This document shows, one piece after another, positions 24,184-37,278 of a stretch of DNA of 64,000 nt. The stretch comes from Felis catus. Taxonomy: Eukaryota. Below the pieces are notes generated by a model that saw only the letters and a list, made by a program, of their open reading frames with translations, made no database searches and was not told the origin of the DNA. A program made the position numbers and the translations under genes. Each line of letters starts with the position of its first letter. The first letter of the stretch is position 1. The stretch is from contig NC_058368.1 of assembly GCF_018350175.1 (NCBI RefSeq), positions 49,415,815-49,479,814 on the forward strand, written 5' to 3'.

Positions 24184-24639
24184 TTTAATAAGATGATCGG
24201 ATTTAAATCCCCTTGAGTACCTCTGAATAAAGACTCAAAATCATCCACCTCCATTTTACAGCATCCCAGATCACTACATCCACCTTTTATATATAAACAG
24301 AAAACAAATGCCTTTGGGAGCCTAATGAGCACTATGGTCCTTGGAAGCATTAACTAGTTCACCATGGCATTCAAGTGCCCTATTAGAGTCTGCATCCTAT
24401 AAAGGTGAATGCTAACCTTGGCAGTTTATGTAGGAGTCCCTCAAGTGCTAGCTATTATGCCTTCCTTCCCTGATATCTACAAGGCATCTTCAACATAGAA
24501 ACCAGAATTCTAACCCTCCTTGGACATTTTGCAGGATTTGGCTTCATGCTCTTCTGCTTGGATCATACTGACATTCATGGACCCATTTACTGTAATCCAC
24601 TATGTTAACTGATATGCCTCTCTGTGCACAGGTTCAAAG

Positions 24640-24835
24640 AACAGTGCTGCAATTTTAATATTTTGGGGGAATTCATAAACCCTTTTGAGAAGCTGATGAA
24701 AGCTATAGACCTTCTAAAAACGTACATCACACATCATACAAAATTTTGTACACAATTTCAGAAGGTCCACAGACCTCTTGAAACTTGTCCATGGACCTTC
24801 TAAGAGTCTATGGACCCCATTTAGAGGATCTTGTT
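24640..24835. mobile_element. MER103-like hAT-Charlie fossil (another short piece at ~22921-22995)
   Basis: 'ccttttgagaagctgatgaaagctatagacc...acaaaattttgtacacaatttcagaagg...atggacccc'. Confidence 0.7.
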
Positions 24836-25194
24836 TGAGATTATGGAAATAACTGCTCTTACAACAATGATATGTAGCTAATGGAATCAGAAGCAACAAG
24901 AGAGCATATGGAAGCAGTCAAAAGTACCCTGAAGGCACAATCACCAGTTCTGACTTCCTGAATGATGAATGTTCAGACATTATTTATTCTGGGAGAGACA
25001 AGTCTCCAATTTTCTTTTCAGATGCTAAAGAACAGAAGCAGACTCACTAAGTGTGCATCTCAGTATCAGTTACAGAATCATCACTTGTGATCACAGCAGC
25101 AGAACATTCCCTCAGGCCATACCTTCTCTCAACCCAGAAGGTAGAACTTGAAGCACTTTGAGCAATGACCATTTTAAGGATGATACTGCTTCTA

Positions 25195-25400
25195 TTACGA
25201 GGCTTCCCTGTTGTATTTACAGATAAAATAAAATGATGTCAAAGATTTGCTTCAGAATAATCTAGGGTGGAGGTGCATATAGATGAAATAAAAATTAGTA
25301 TATAATTACTGAAGCTGAGTGATGAGTACACAAAGGATTTTACATTATTCTCTCTACTTTTGTATATGTTTAAATTTTTGTTTTTGTAATAGAAAATTTA
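25195..25400 (+). mobile_element. Old L1M 3'UTR fragment
   Basis: 'atttgcttcagaataatct...tgaagctgagtgatgagtaca...attctctctacttttgtatatgtt'. Confidence 0.65.
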
Positions 25401-25959
25401 AAAGAGAGAGAAAGAGACTTTAATATTTGTTTCAAAGAGAAAGGCAATCCAGGTAAAATAGAGAGGCAGAAATGTATAACCTTCTTTCCGGCTACTCTGG
25501 AATGAAGGAATTTCTAATTTCTACTTTACTCTTTTCTACATGACCACAATCTCTTTAGTTCCCTCTTCATTTTGAAAGACTATTATTCTGACTTCTTTTT
25601 AATTATTTCACTATAAAAATTATTTCAGAATGGTAAGACATTTGTTAATTCTTAGGCCATCACATATGTCTATGGGCTCTCCCACTCTCTGCTTAGGGCT
25701 ACTTGATAAATAAGACAGGATTCCCAAGATGCATTGCTAGGAAGCAAGTTGTTCTTTGCTCTCAGCTTCTCACACTGTCCACTGTCTTCTCTGCTTTCCA
25801 AGCCCAGTCAATTGGGCAATAAAGAACACAAATGACTACGCACCAACAGTGACCAGCACCTGATTAACTGGAGCCTCCATTTCTACAATTTTAAAATGAG
25901 GGAAATTCCATGCCAGTATTCCCAATGGGATTATTATTATTTTTTTTCACAACAGGATT

Positions 25960-26057
25960 CTTTATTTTATTTTATTTTATTTTTATTTTATTTTATTCTA
26001 TTCTTTCTATTCTATTCTATTCTATTCTATTCTATTCTATTCTATTCTATTCTATTC
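25960..26057. repeat. (TTTTA)n to (TTCTA)n compound pentanucleotide microsatellite
   Basis: Read directly. Confidence 0.95.
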
Positions 26058-26298
26058 CCCAACGAGATTACTTTAAACCACAAATTAAACAATTAAATGA
26101 AACAGTGAATGTAGTGGATATTTGTAAATTCTGAAGGCATTTGTTTCAACTTGTGTTTAATAGAGGGGACCCTAGGGTTTCTGAGAGCACAGTGCTCTCC
26201 CTGTCCCATCCAGGCCACCTCCAGAACAGCTCTTGTCTATGGGGTTCTGGGGGGAATTTCCATGGAAAAGAGGTTGCTGTTGCTAACGAAAATGTTGA

Positions 26299-26476
26299 GG
26301 GGCACTTGGGTGGTTCCGTAGGTTAAGCGTCTGACTTCAACTCAAGTTCATAATCTCACAGTTCATGAGTTCTCTTTTTTTTTAAGTCCCACATCAGGTT
26401 CTCTGCTGTCAGCACAGAGCCTATTTGGAATCCTCTGTCCCCCTCTCTTTCTGCCCCTCCCCCACTTGAGCGCACG

Positions 26477-26507
<31 letters not shown>

Positions 26508-26530
26508 AAAAACATAAATGAACATAAAAA
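26299..26530 (+). mobile_element. CanSINE with an internal T-rich insertion
   Basis: SINE head, (CT)n and A tail, with an extra tctttttttt run at ~26373-26383. Confidence 0.9.
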
Positions 26531-26616
26531 AGCTTATGGAGGCCTGACAAAAGTGGGTTTTTTTAAGAAAATACTGAAAAATATGGCTCTCAATTTGTCT
26601 ATTACAGGTAAGTTTA

Positions 26617-26812
26617 GGGGCACCTGGGTGGCTCAGTTAAACTTCCAACTCTTGATTTCAGCTCAGGTCATGATCTCACAGTTTGTGAGTTCAAGTCCCC
26701 TGACAGGCTACACTGACAGTGTAGAGTCTGCTTGGGATTCTCTCTCCCATTCCCTCTTCCCCTCCCCTACTTTCTCTCAGTCTCTCTCAAAAATAAATAA
26801 ACATTAAAAAAA
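26617..26812 (+). mobile_element. CanSINE (older type)
   Basis: ggggcacctgggtggctcagtt...cttgatttcagctcagg...aaaataaataaacattaaaaaa. Confidence 0.9.
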
Positions 26813-27274
26813 GTTGGGTACTTATGCCAAATGATTATCAATCAGCAGATAAAACATCCCTGAATCATGAATCTTTTCAATGCAAAGTATGATTTGATTT
26901 GCAATATATCTATATATAAATACATATAAATATGTGTGCAAATGTATATACATACACACAAATATTTGCTAGATTGATTTTAGAATTTCAGGAATGCATC
27001 CATTAAATAAAACAAAGTGGGCTAGAGTTTCTCATGAAAAGGCAAACTATGAAAATAACAGTGACATTCTGGAACCAGAATAAGAATCAGATGACCTGGG
27101 CTTGAATCCTGATTATCAACATTTAGTACTGGTGTGGCTTCAAACAAACTGTCTAATGTTTTTGTGCCCAGTTTTCTCAACTGTGAGCTATCTGCAATAA
27201 AATTTGCCTTGTTATAAAGATTAAGTGAAAATCTTAAGTGCTTGGTATTCCTGTAAGAAACAAAAAAAATCACT

Positions 27275-27487
27275 GGGGCGCCTGGGTGGCTCAATTGGTT
27301 GAGCAACCGACTTCAGCTCAGGTCACGATCTCACAGCTCATGAGTTAGAGCCCCACGTCAGGCTTTGTGCTGACAGCTCGGAGCCTGGAGCCTGCTTTGG
27401 ATTCTGTGTCTCCCTCTCTCTATGCCCCTCCCCCACTCACATTCTGTCTCTCTCTCTCTCAAAAATAAATAAACATTAAAAAAAATT
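27275..27487 (+). mobile_element. CanSINE
   Basis: Flanked by aaacaaaaaa(aa)tcact on both sides. A MIR remnant lies just upstream (~27080-27255). Confidence 0.95.
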
Positions 27488-29619
27488 AAAACAAAAAATC
27501 ACTGCTTGGATAACTTTGCTTCCCCTGAGAAACTGCTCTACTTCCTTTTTTATTTAAATAACAAGAAATAGGTAGCCATTCATGTCTTCCATTTTGCTTC
27601 ATCTTCCAGAAAATTCACAGCACATCTTGAAGCTCAACTGTAACAATTAGGCTGACCCTTTTAGTCTGTGAATGTGTATTTTCCCTTTCCTTCATAGTGA
27701 CCTTTTACTTTTATTTAATTTTTTCCTGATCTCAGTTTTCAGTGTCATTACCTTTTTAACATGAGTGCTTTCAAATCACCTCTCCCCAGTCCCTTGTGGA
27801 GCAAAATGGTAGAGGTCAAGAGAAGGATACAGGAGAGGAAGAAGGAGAAAGGGGAAGGCTGGGGAGAATGAACCTACTATTTTTTTTTCCCACAAATGCT
27901 CAAAAAGCATTTGTAAAAAGGAAAACAGAATATGATGAATCTAGTTGTTGATAACTTTTGGAAACTACTGCCATGAGGTGTTTAATTAACAGTAATTTCT
28001 ATGTGTGGAGTACCTTTATTTCCCCAAGATGCTGTGCCCACAATGTAAAAGTATCACAGATAACAGTCCCATTATGGGGTCTTTTCTGGCACTGTGAAGA
28101 AGTACCAGTGTGGACTCATAAGAACACAGCCTTTCTCATTCTGCTCTCTCTCTTTTTTTAATCACAGTTTGGGTTATTAAATATAATACACTGGAGCCTT
28201 GCTATAACAACCAATCTTTGCCACCAGCCACATAATTTATTTATGTACCTAGAAATATTCCTGTAAAACATCTACATACTATAGATGGATAGATAAATGG
28301 TAAGTGATGGCTGAAAGAAAAATAGTCTAGACCTCAGAGGAATCTAATAATTCAAACTTACACAGACAGCCTGAAGATAGTTAACATATATAGTATTGAT
28401 TATATCAAGATTTAGTACTCTGGAAAAAAACCTCATAAAAAAAACAACATTTTGCTATCACAGGGGTTTGAGAGAAAGACAATTAAAACTAAAATGCAAG
28501 AAACACCAGTCTCATTCATACGAAATTTTACAAATATTTCCAGAAAACTAATGTCTCGGAAGAATAGGTGTTTGTTTATAAATCTACCAAAGAACACTTT
28601 ATCTTCATTAAAAAAAAAAAAAGCCTATGTGTCCCCTGTCAGCAATATTCTCCAGGCTTATCCCCCATTGTTTTTATGTTATAGCCCCATATGTGTTCCC
28701 ACTGAATAAGGTGTCAGCTATCATTCCATGTGACAACCCTGACCAAAAGCAGGCTTTGGCATTTCTGCAGACAAACTGTTCCTACACAGAAAGGCTAGAT
28801 ATTATTCTGGGAGCATAGTGTTTATAATAGACACCACACATTTCTGTACATTCCCCTTTGCTTATTTCTGCTCTTACTCTATTCTTTACACAGGTGATAT
28901 CACTGTTTCCTGGTTTCAAATATTGCTTTTATGCTATGGCTTCCAAATTTACAGCTTTATCCCTGATTGTTTTCTTCTTGAACCTCACACCCAGGATTTC
29001 AAGCTATCCAGAGGATAGTCCACTACTCAGGTGTCCTGACAGCATACCCAATTTAATTTGATAGAAAACAAACCAGTCTTCCTCCCTCTCTCCCTTCCCC
29101 GACTGCTTCATTAGGTAATTCATGTTCAGAAATGACTTTTCCATCCCCTGCCTGTTTGTTCATCAGAGAATCAGCATGGCTACCCTGCAGACTTGAATGC
29201 TGGGAAGAAGTTGATGGGATGTGTAGGAAAGACTTAAGCTACGAGTCTACAATCTACACCTCCCACGTGATTGTTCTTACTCTTTCCTCTATGGTCTCAG
29301 AGACATCTATCCATGCCTTTATCACAGAACTTAGCTCACCACTGGGTGACTATCTGATTTATGTATTTCCCTTTCTGGGGTTTGAGCTCCCATGGTAGAG
29401 AAAATGTCCTACTCTCTTAATATAAACAATTCCCTAGAGTATCTTTCTCAATGAACTTCTCTTAATTCATTTGAAAATTTTTATTAAATATCTACCATGT
29501 GCTAAGTGCTAGAGATATTGTGAAGATGACAGAGTTTGTCCCCCCTCTCAGGCAGCTAAGAACAAAGACCAGAAGGGCAAAATGCTGTTATACTATAAGT
29601 TCAGATGCTATAAAGGTAC

Positions 29620-29930
29620 ATGAGGGTGGGGAGATAGGGAGAAGCTGGTGAAAGTATACAGACTTTCAGCTATAAGATGAATAAAATCTGACTATCTAAT
29701 GTACAACGTGGTGACTAAAGTTGATAACACTGTATTATATAATTGAAATTTGCTAAAAGTGTAGGACTTAAACGTTCTCACCCTAAAAGGTGGGGGTGAA
29801 TATGTGGAGAGATGAATGCGTCAATTGACTCAAAGGGGGAATCCTTTCATAATGTATACATATTATCAAATCATCCCTTTGCACACTTTAAATTTATTAC
29901 AATTTTATTTATCAATTACACCTCAGTAGA
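29620..29930 (+). mobile_element. L1 3' end fragment (L1MA9-like)
   Basis: 'cagactttcagctataagatgaataa...tgaaatttgctaaaag...atcaaatcatc...tcaattacacctcagtagagct'. Confidence 0.8.
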
Positions 29931-30004
29931 GCTTGGGGGGGCGGTGGTGGGCGGTGGGAGGCACATGGAGAAGGTGTTTAATCTCCAGGTAAAAAAGGAT
30001 AGAA

Positions 30005-30156
30005 AACCCTACTGAGACTCGGGTAAGGCAAGGCAGGTGCTTGGGGCCCAAAATGTTAAGAGGCACTAACTGTCATGCAAGTGTAGGATTAGGACCTGAG
30101 AGTGGGGGTTTACTTACATTTTGTTCCCTGGATGTCTCATTCTAGTCCTGGCCCTT
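30005..30156. mobile_element. MER53-like palindromic hAT element
   Basis: 'gggtaaggcaagg...aaaatgttaagaggcactaact...gtcatgcaagtg...cctgagagtg...ctagtcctggccct'. Confidence 0.65.
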
Positions 30157-30384
30157 GCAGAAAACTTCTGATCTGCCTATATGTACTAAGAGTCATTTAC
30201 AAAAGGCAGGTTGTTAGAGCCTTAGACATCAGGATCTCCTCTGATAGGAAGTTAAATATTTTATAGGACATGGCAGACTCTCTTCCATTAGAGGGGTGCT
30301 GGAGAGGTGAAGTATAATCACTTTATATATGTTGGCAAGTAGAAACGTAACAAATGCAGGAATAATAAAAATCACAGTAAGCAT

Positions 30385-30470
30385 AGCAGAATGTGTAAAG
30401 ATGTTGAATCACTATATTGTATGCCTGAAACTAATGTAACATTGCATATCAACTATATTCAAATTTTAAA
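30385..30470 (+). mobile_element. Short carnivore L1 3' terminal fragment
   Basis: 'gttgaatcactatattgtatgcctgaaactaatgtaacattgcatatcaactat'. Confidence 0.7.
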
Positions 30471-30480
30471 AATTTAGATT

Positions 30481-30693
30481 GGGGCGCCTGGGTGGCTCAG
30501 TTAAACGTCCGACTTCAGCTCAGGTCACGATCTCACGGTCCGTGAGTTCGAGCCCCACGTCGGGCTCTGGGCTGATGGCTCAGAGCCTGGAGCCTGCTTC
30601 TGATTCTGTGTCTTCCTCTCTCTCTGCCCCTCCCCCGTTCATGCTCTGTCTCTCTCTGTCTCAAAAATAAATAAACGTTAAAAAAAATTTAAA
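30481..30693 (+). mobile_element. CanSINE (SINEC_Fc, CpG-rich, young)
   Basis: Retains many CpGs. Flanked by aaaatttagat. Confidence 0.95.
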
Positions 30694-30809
30694 AAAATTT
30701 AGATAAAATTTTTTAAAAGCATGTACATGTACAGTACCAGTGATAGTCATGTATTAAGTAGAAAGTATTAAGTATAAGTATAGTACTCATGTATTAAGTA
30801 TAGGACAGC

Positions 30810-30990
30810 ATTTAGGACTCCATCCTTTACTAGCTATGAGGCCACAATCACATATCCTCACTATACCTCAATTTCCTCATCTGGAAAATGGAAGTAATAG
30901 CATTCTACTTCATAGAGTTGTTGTGAACATGACATGAATTGATACATGTAGAGAACTTAGTACAGTTCCTGGCACACTGTAAACAAATTA
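30810..30990 (+). mobile_element. MIR
   Basis: 'cctcaatttcctcatctggaaaatggaagtaatagcattctacttcatagagttgttgtga...cagttcctggcaca'. Confidence 0.8.
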
Positions 30991-31134
30991 TTCCAACACC
31001 ATTTTCCTTGTACCCCCACCCTTCTCAAGCCTCCTGTCTCCCCAACACAGCCTTCTTAGTGCAGCCATGATGCTCTGACTAAAATGGAAATCAATCATAT
31101 TGCTCCATTGCTTAAAATATTTGGAAGCATTTCC

Positions 31135-31565
31135 AAAAACGGTTATATACTATATGATTCTATTCCTATGTCATGCTCAAAATTATGAAACTGAAGAGAA
31201 TGAGACCAGATTAATGGTTACCTGAGGATAGAGATGAAGGGGGTCTATGGGTGCAACTATAAAACAGACAAAAGGTTTTCTTTGTGGTGATGGGACAGTT
31301 GTATATTTAGATTGTGGGAGTGGTTATATGAATCTATACTGGGGATCACACTGTGAACACACACTCACAACGTGAGTGCATATAAAAGCTAGTAAAAACT
31401 CAATAAAGACTGTCATCTATGTAACACCATCATATCATTGTTAGCTTCCTGGTTTTGATATTATGCTACAGTTATATGAGATGTCACCATTGGAGGAAGC
31501 TGAGTGAAGGGTTCAGGGGTCTCTGCATTCACTACTCTTGAGACTTCCTTCAAAATAAAAAATAT
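31135..31565 (+). mobile_element. Old L1 (L1MC/MD-like) 3'UTR
   Basis: 'atactatatgattctatt...ggtgatgggacagttg...cctggttttgatatt...gatgtcaccattggaggaagctg'. Confidence 0.75.
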
Positions 31566-31605
31566 TTCTAAAAAACATCACATAGGATCATAATAGCCCC
31601 CAAGA

Positions 31606-31606
<1 letters not shown>

Positions 31607-31638
<32 letters not shown>
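31607..31638. repeat. (AAC)n microsatellite
   Basis: About 10 units read directly. Confidence 0.9.
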
Positions 31639-31854
31639 ACCCAACCACCTCATCATGAGTCCTAAGATTTTGAAGGATCTGACCTCAGATTGTATCTCTA
31701 GCTTCACTTCTTGTCGCTCAGGTGATTTGGTTTCAAGGGGACCAATGAACCCTGAGTCATTTTATCCTGTTGTTTCATTAAAGTTCTACAAATATTGTCT
31801 TTATTACTGAGTATATGGTAACAAAAATAAATAATATGACATATTCTTGGTTTC

Positions 31855-32300
31855 TGTGTCAATTGGCTTTTGCTGCATAACAGACCACCCAAAACTCAGA
31901 ATCTTAAAATAAATACTTATTGCAGTGAGTTGATGTGTCAACTGGGTTCACCCCGGCATCTGTGGTCAGCCACGGCCCTGTTCTGGGAGTTCAGCTGGCT
32001 ATAGGCTTGTCTCAAATGGTCTTACCTAAAACAACTAAGCTCTTCCACATGGTATCTCATCCCCCAGCAGGCCATTCTCTGGCAGGGTTCCAGGAGAGGG
32101 AGGAGATGATCAAGGCTTAGACTGGGATTGGTCCACAGTCACTTTCTCCAAATCCTGTTGGCCAAAGCACAGCACAAGGCCAATCCATATTCAAGAAGTG
32201 AGAAAACTGATGCCATTTCTGGACGGGAGGAGCCACAATGTCACATTGCAAAAGTTGTGGACACAGTGTGAAAAACTGGGGCAAAAATCAACCTACCAAA
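31855..32300 (-). mobile_element. MaLR solo LTR (MLT1-type)
   Basis: 'ttgctgcataacagaccacccaaaactcag...ttggccaaagcacagcacaaggcc...aatgtcacattgcaaaag'. Confidence 0.75.
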
Positions 32301-35300
32301 CTCCCCAAATATAACTACCCAAATGTGAATAATGCATTTCCTATTACAGTATAAAATGCTAAGGTTCTGCATGAAATGGCACACATGTTTCTAACATAAA
32401 TTCAGTATTTTAAAAAACGTCATTATATGTAACAGTGGAAAATCAGCATCTTTTCCAGACAAATAATTATTCTCCTAAATTCCTTTCAGGTTTGACAAAT
32501 CTTTAAAAATCTGCTGCTTCCTTGCTTTAGCCCCTTTCCTGGGTTTAATTTCCTTTTACTTTTTGTTCAGTTTCAGTCTCAATGAAGTAGCTTAGAATTC
32601 AAGCAGTGGCAGCTCACAATTGTTTCATATTAATGTGCACCTAAAAGGAAGCAACGCCCTGCTGCCTTTACCACATTCATTACACGAGGAATTCTAATTC
32701 TTGGGGAGAGATAAGTAAGGGCGCTGCCCTCATTTTGTCCTTAGGGTGCACAAGACCAAAGCAGGGAGCTGCCACATGGAGGTGGGGAATTTGATCCTGC
32801 TGCCCAAGTCAGTGTCGGTTGCAAAACTCAATCATTCCAAGTGGGCAGGAAGTCACAGAGGCAATTCAGCTGGTGGGCGCCCATGCGAAAGGGAGAGATA
32901 ATCATTAATGTCACTCTCGTGATGGGAAGGTCTTTACGGACAGAAATAGATTCCACCAGCACATGCATGGAACTTATTGAAGTGCAGACAGTGATTTGTA
33001 AAATGCTATGAGAGCAGTAGAGCACACTTAAATCAAATTCAGTAGCATGTGATTAGTTGATAAAATAACTATTTTGTTATGCTTTGGACTCTTGTAACTA
33101 ACATGGCTTCAAATTTGGGGTGGCAAGTCATTTCTGCATATTAAAATGAAATGTTTTTCCTAAGTGGTATTTACTCTGCGAACTTCTTTATATAAATGTT
33201 ACAGATAAGGAAAGAAGAAAGTCTGCCTACCAGCTTACCTACCTGACACAGTGTCCTGGAAAATAAAACAAGGTCTTTCTCCCAAAAAGTCTCTTTTGAG
33301 AATCAACCTCAATGTCAAAGAAAGCAAAAAATGTGTGGATCATATGAAATAAAGTCTGCTAGGACTAGAGTTTTTCTTAGTGTCCATCCATAGCCTCCAA
33401 TAGCAATCCTCCTATTTCCTTTTATCATTGACTGAAGCTAGAATTGTGGTTAATGAGAGCAGTTTTCATTACCTAAAGAATTCTCAAAGCTCTAAAGTAG
33501 TGCTATCTTTAATGCATATGGAAAATTTACATGCAAGAAAAAAAGAAGCCATATTTTACCCTGGTTCCCAGATACCTTGAAGCAGAGGAAGGTGTATTTT
33601 TTCAAAGTTTAATAAGAATTCATTACTCAAATTTTGATAAAACTTCAACTGTTTCTTTTATACTTCCATCTTTCAGTACATATGTATGATACAAAATACC
33701 AAGAACTCAGTAAATGAGAATATTGTGCGAATAAATGGATGAAGGCTTATATATTGCTTCTTAGTGTTTTGCTAGGCTAAACACATGACAGACACCAGAT
33801 TTTTCAGAGGAGGGCAGAATGTGATTTATAGGTCAGCCTATGTGCTGGCTTATGGACTACTTGTTCTTATTAAATGAGTCAGATGAGATGACAAAAATAT
33901 GGGCGGGTGGTACCAGCTTGTAATCACACAAAGATGGCTCTGCAAATTGTACCAAATATCAGTAGAGTACTTTATAATTTACAAGGCACTTTTTTCTTTA
34001 TTTAAACATAAAATCCTTACAGCGAACCCATGAAGTATATGGTGAGTGAATGGCAAGTCCCTGAGGTTCAAAAGATCAAGAGGGTCACCCCAGACTCATC
34101 AGTGAGTAAATGGGCAAGCCAGGATCCCAAACTTGGGTGTTTTGGCTCCCCATTTAGTTTCATTTCTACTGTTACCATTCTAGTAAAACAAAACAAACAA
34201 ACAAAAACTAGCCCCCCCTTCCCATTCACAAACCCCTGAAAAATGATTGAAAGTTTAAAACTATGTTAAAATTCAATGGAATATCTTCACTAGAATTGTC
34301 CAGAATAAAAGACAAAGCGTCATCATCACCGAAGTGGTTGTTGAATTCATCTGAACTAACATCCTTTGAAGTAGGCAGGATGAGTAGTGACTGCCACATG
34401 GCAGGTGAGGAAACGGCCCTGTTAATGAAGCATTATAATGATTTGCTGCCCTGACGTTACTCTGCTCTTCCAGCCAATTCAGGGCGAGGATGGCACCCTA
34501 TCTTGCCTTTTATTATAGAGCAAATCCCAGAGGGGGCTGGGGTGAACTTCTCTGGAAATTAGATAGCAGGGTTGTGCTGCGTAGGTTGTTACTGAAAGTG
34601 ATACGTGCTGCATAATGAAAAACTTTCCACTCTTCAAAATTACTTCCCCTGATGCAGAAATTCCTTTAACTGTAGTCCAAGCCTTCCATGCCTCAATCAG
34701 AGATGAAAATCTTGAACTCACACCTCTCTGGAGTTAATTTACACATTGAGTTTGAGTTCTGACCCTTTGCAGAACCCTGTGTGTGTTGCCAGGTCTCCAG
34801 TACCCCCACAGATTTGGGTGCAGAATAAGTACCATAGTATCTAAAATGCCTGACTTGGTACACCATGATTAGGTGCTCCTTCAGGATTTTCTCCCTTCTC
34901 TTTCCATTCTACTCAAAACTCCCTTACTCTGCCTCTCTTGAAATACTCTCTGGCATATAGCCTACTACTCATTGTAATCTAAACTCTGCACTCAAACACC
35001 TTATAACCTTGCTCATGCTGGTCCATCGGCCTGAATTGTCCTTCTTTCTACAAGATGCTGCTTGGAAGATCCAAGTCCTACCTCTGCCATTCTCACTCAA
35101 TGTGTTTGTGTAGCTTTTGCCATCACAAGCCCTGCTCCCTGGCCCCCAGTCTCCCTCCATTGATGACATCATGAGAGCGACACATTGTAATAAAGTCAGC
35201 TGATAACATATATGCTCCTAAAGAAATCCAATAAATATTTGCTAGATTAAATTGAGGGGAAGGTATCAAGCAGACTATATCACTTGAAGAAAAAAAGGAC

Positions 35301-35619
35301 AAAAGAGGAAATGGTAGGAGAAAAACAGAAAATATATTTGACCTACTTACACTATTGCCTTGAGCCATATAGGCATATAGGCAAAGCTGGGCCTATTTTC
35401 ATAAATTTCTCAAAAGTCCTTGTTTTCATAACAAAGTAGTAGCTGCAACACAACAAGAAACATAATCTCGAATGAGTATTTGCACATACTAGGATCTTTT
35501 ATGTTCTCTGTGTTGTCCAAGAAATAAATTTTTATTTGAGAAAAATATTTTCAGGAGTATCAGTTTGTTTTGTTTTATTTCATCTGGTTAGTGTTTGGTT
35601 TCTCTGCTTGATTTTTTTT

Positions 35620-35632
35620 AATATTTATTTTT

Positions 35633-35679
<47 letters not shown>

Positions 35680-35841
35680 CGAGCAGGGGAGGGGCAGAGA
35701 GAGATGAAGCAGAATCCGAATCAAGCTCCAGGCTCTGAGCTGTCAACACAGAGCCCTACACGGGGCTCGAACCCACAAACTGCGAGATCATAACCTGAGC
35801 TGAAGTCGGACGCTCAACCAACTGAGCCACCCAGGCGCCCC
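35620..35841 (-). mobile_element. CanSINE with an expanded (GA)n tract
   Basis: TSD tgcttgatttttttt at 35605-35619 and 35842-35856. Confidence 0.95.
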
Positions 35842-36592
35842 TGCTTGATTTTTTTTTAAACAAAGAATGACAAACCTGAATACCTCTTAGACTGATTATT
35901 TTGGATTATATTATTTCTGCTGTTTTCTATGTACTGTCTTACTACTGATATCAGGAATTGTTCCCTTCCTCTCTTCTTTCAAAACTCCATTCAAGCCTCT
36001 CCTAGTCAGATAGACTTTCTCTGACCCATTATTCCCAAAGCAGTACACATCTCAATACCTTGTTTTTTTTAGCTCCAATGCTAAATTCCAAAAGCAGAGA
36101 ATCTGACCACAGCTTCAGTGTATACCCCAGTCCTATCAGTTTCACCTTGGAGGGCAATGGCAAGGTTGTCACCTAGTAAAACAACAAAATTCCTAAGACT
36201 CATTCCTACACAGGGTGCAATTCTCAAGAATAGAGAACACTGGGAACTGGAAAGTTATCTCAATAAATCTAGTGGAGCTAAGAAGGAGGTGATCACAGCT
36301 TGGCTACTGACTGCTTGGGTGACCTTAGACAAGTGGAAGTCCAGGCCTTGGCTTTCCTTCACTATCAGGTGATGATAGTATTATCTGCTACAATTATTTG
36401 CAGTGAGATTGGTAAAATGACAAATGAAATTAAAACTCATTGGAAACTTAAAAATCCTCAGATGAGGTTTAGATGTGCTTTAAACTATTTCAGCTTAAAA
36501 TAAGAGATGGATAAAGCAAGTAAGAAATATATTGATTATCCATCCAGGTGGTAGATAGAGGTTCATTATAGTGTTTTCTGTACTTTTGTGTA

Positions 36593-37032
36593 CAGTAATC
36601 TTCCTTACCCCCAGGGAATACATTCTAAGATCCCCAATGGATGCCTGAAAGCACAGACAGTACCAGTTCTTGTATATACTATGTTTTCTCCCATATATAC
36701 GTACATAAAGTTTACTCTAGACCTTAGAACAGTAAGAGACTACCAACAACAATAATAATATAGAACAATTATAACATGCTGTAATAAAAGTTATGTGAAT
36801 GTGGACTTTCGCTCAAAATGTTTTACTGTACCATGTTCACCTTTCTTATGCAGATGACGTGAGATGATGAGATGAAGTAAACGGAATGATGTAGGCATTG
36901 TGACGTAGCATTAGGCTCGTTACTGACCTTCTGACAATACATCAGAAGGAGGATCCTCTGCCTTTGGACCCTGGTTGACCACAGGTAACTGAGACTGTAG
37001 AAAGTGCAACCATGGCTAAGGAGGGACTACTG
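36593..37032 (-). mobile_element. MER44/Tigger7-type TcMar-Tigger element with both termini
   Basis: Termini cagtaatcttcctta... and ...taaggagggactactg form imperfect TIRs with TA on both sides. It sits in an old L1 3' fragment. Confidence 0.8.
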
Positions 37033-37056
37033 TATGTTTTAAAAAATTTGCATGAT

Positions 37057-37278
37057 GGGGCGCCTGGGTGGCTCAGTTGGTTGAGCCTCCGACTTCGGCT
37101 CAGGTCATGATCTCATAGTCTGTGGGTTCGAGTCCCGCATCAGGCTCTGTGCTGACACCTCAGAGCCTGGAGCCTGTTTCCGATCCTGTGTCTCCTTCTC
37201 TCTCTGCTCCTCCCGACTCTCACTTTGTGTCACTCTGTCTCTCAAAAATAAATAAATGTAAAAAAAAATTTTTTTTTT
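37057..37278 (+). mobile_element. CanSINE
   Basis: Flanked by aatttgcatga on both sides. Confidence 0.95.

Noticed and set aside
20062..25747. 14-bp inverted match ttgcttcctagcaa (20062-20075) / ttgctaggaagcaa (25734-25747)
   Set aside because: Several 14-mer matches are expected by chance within 64 kb, and no element structure links the two sites.
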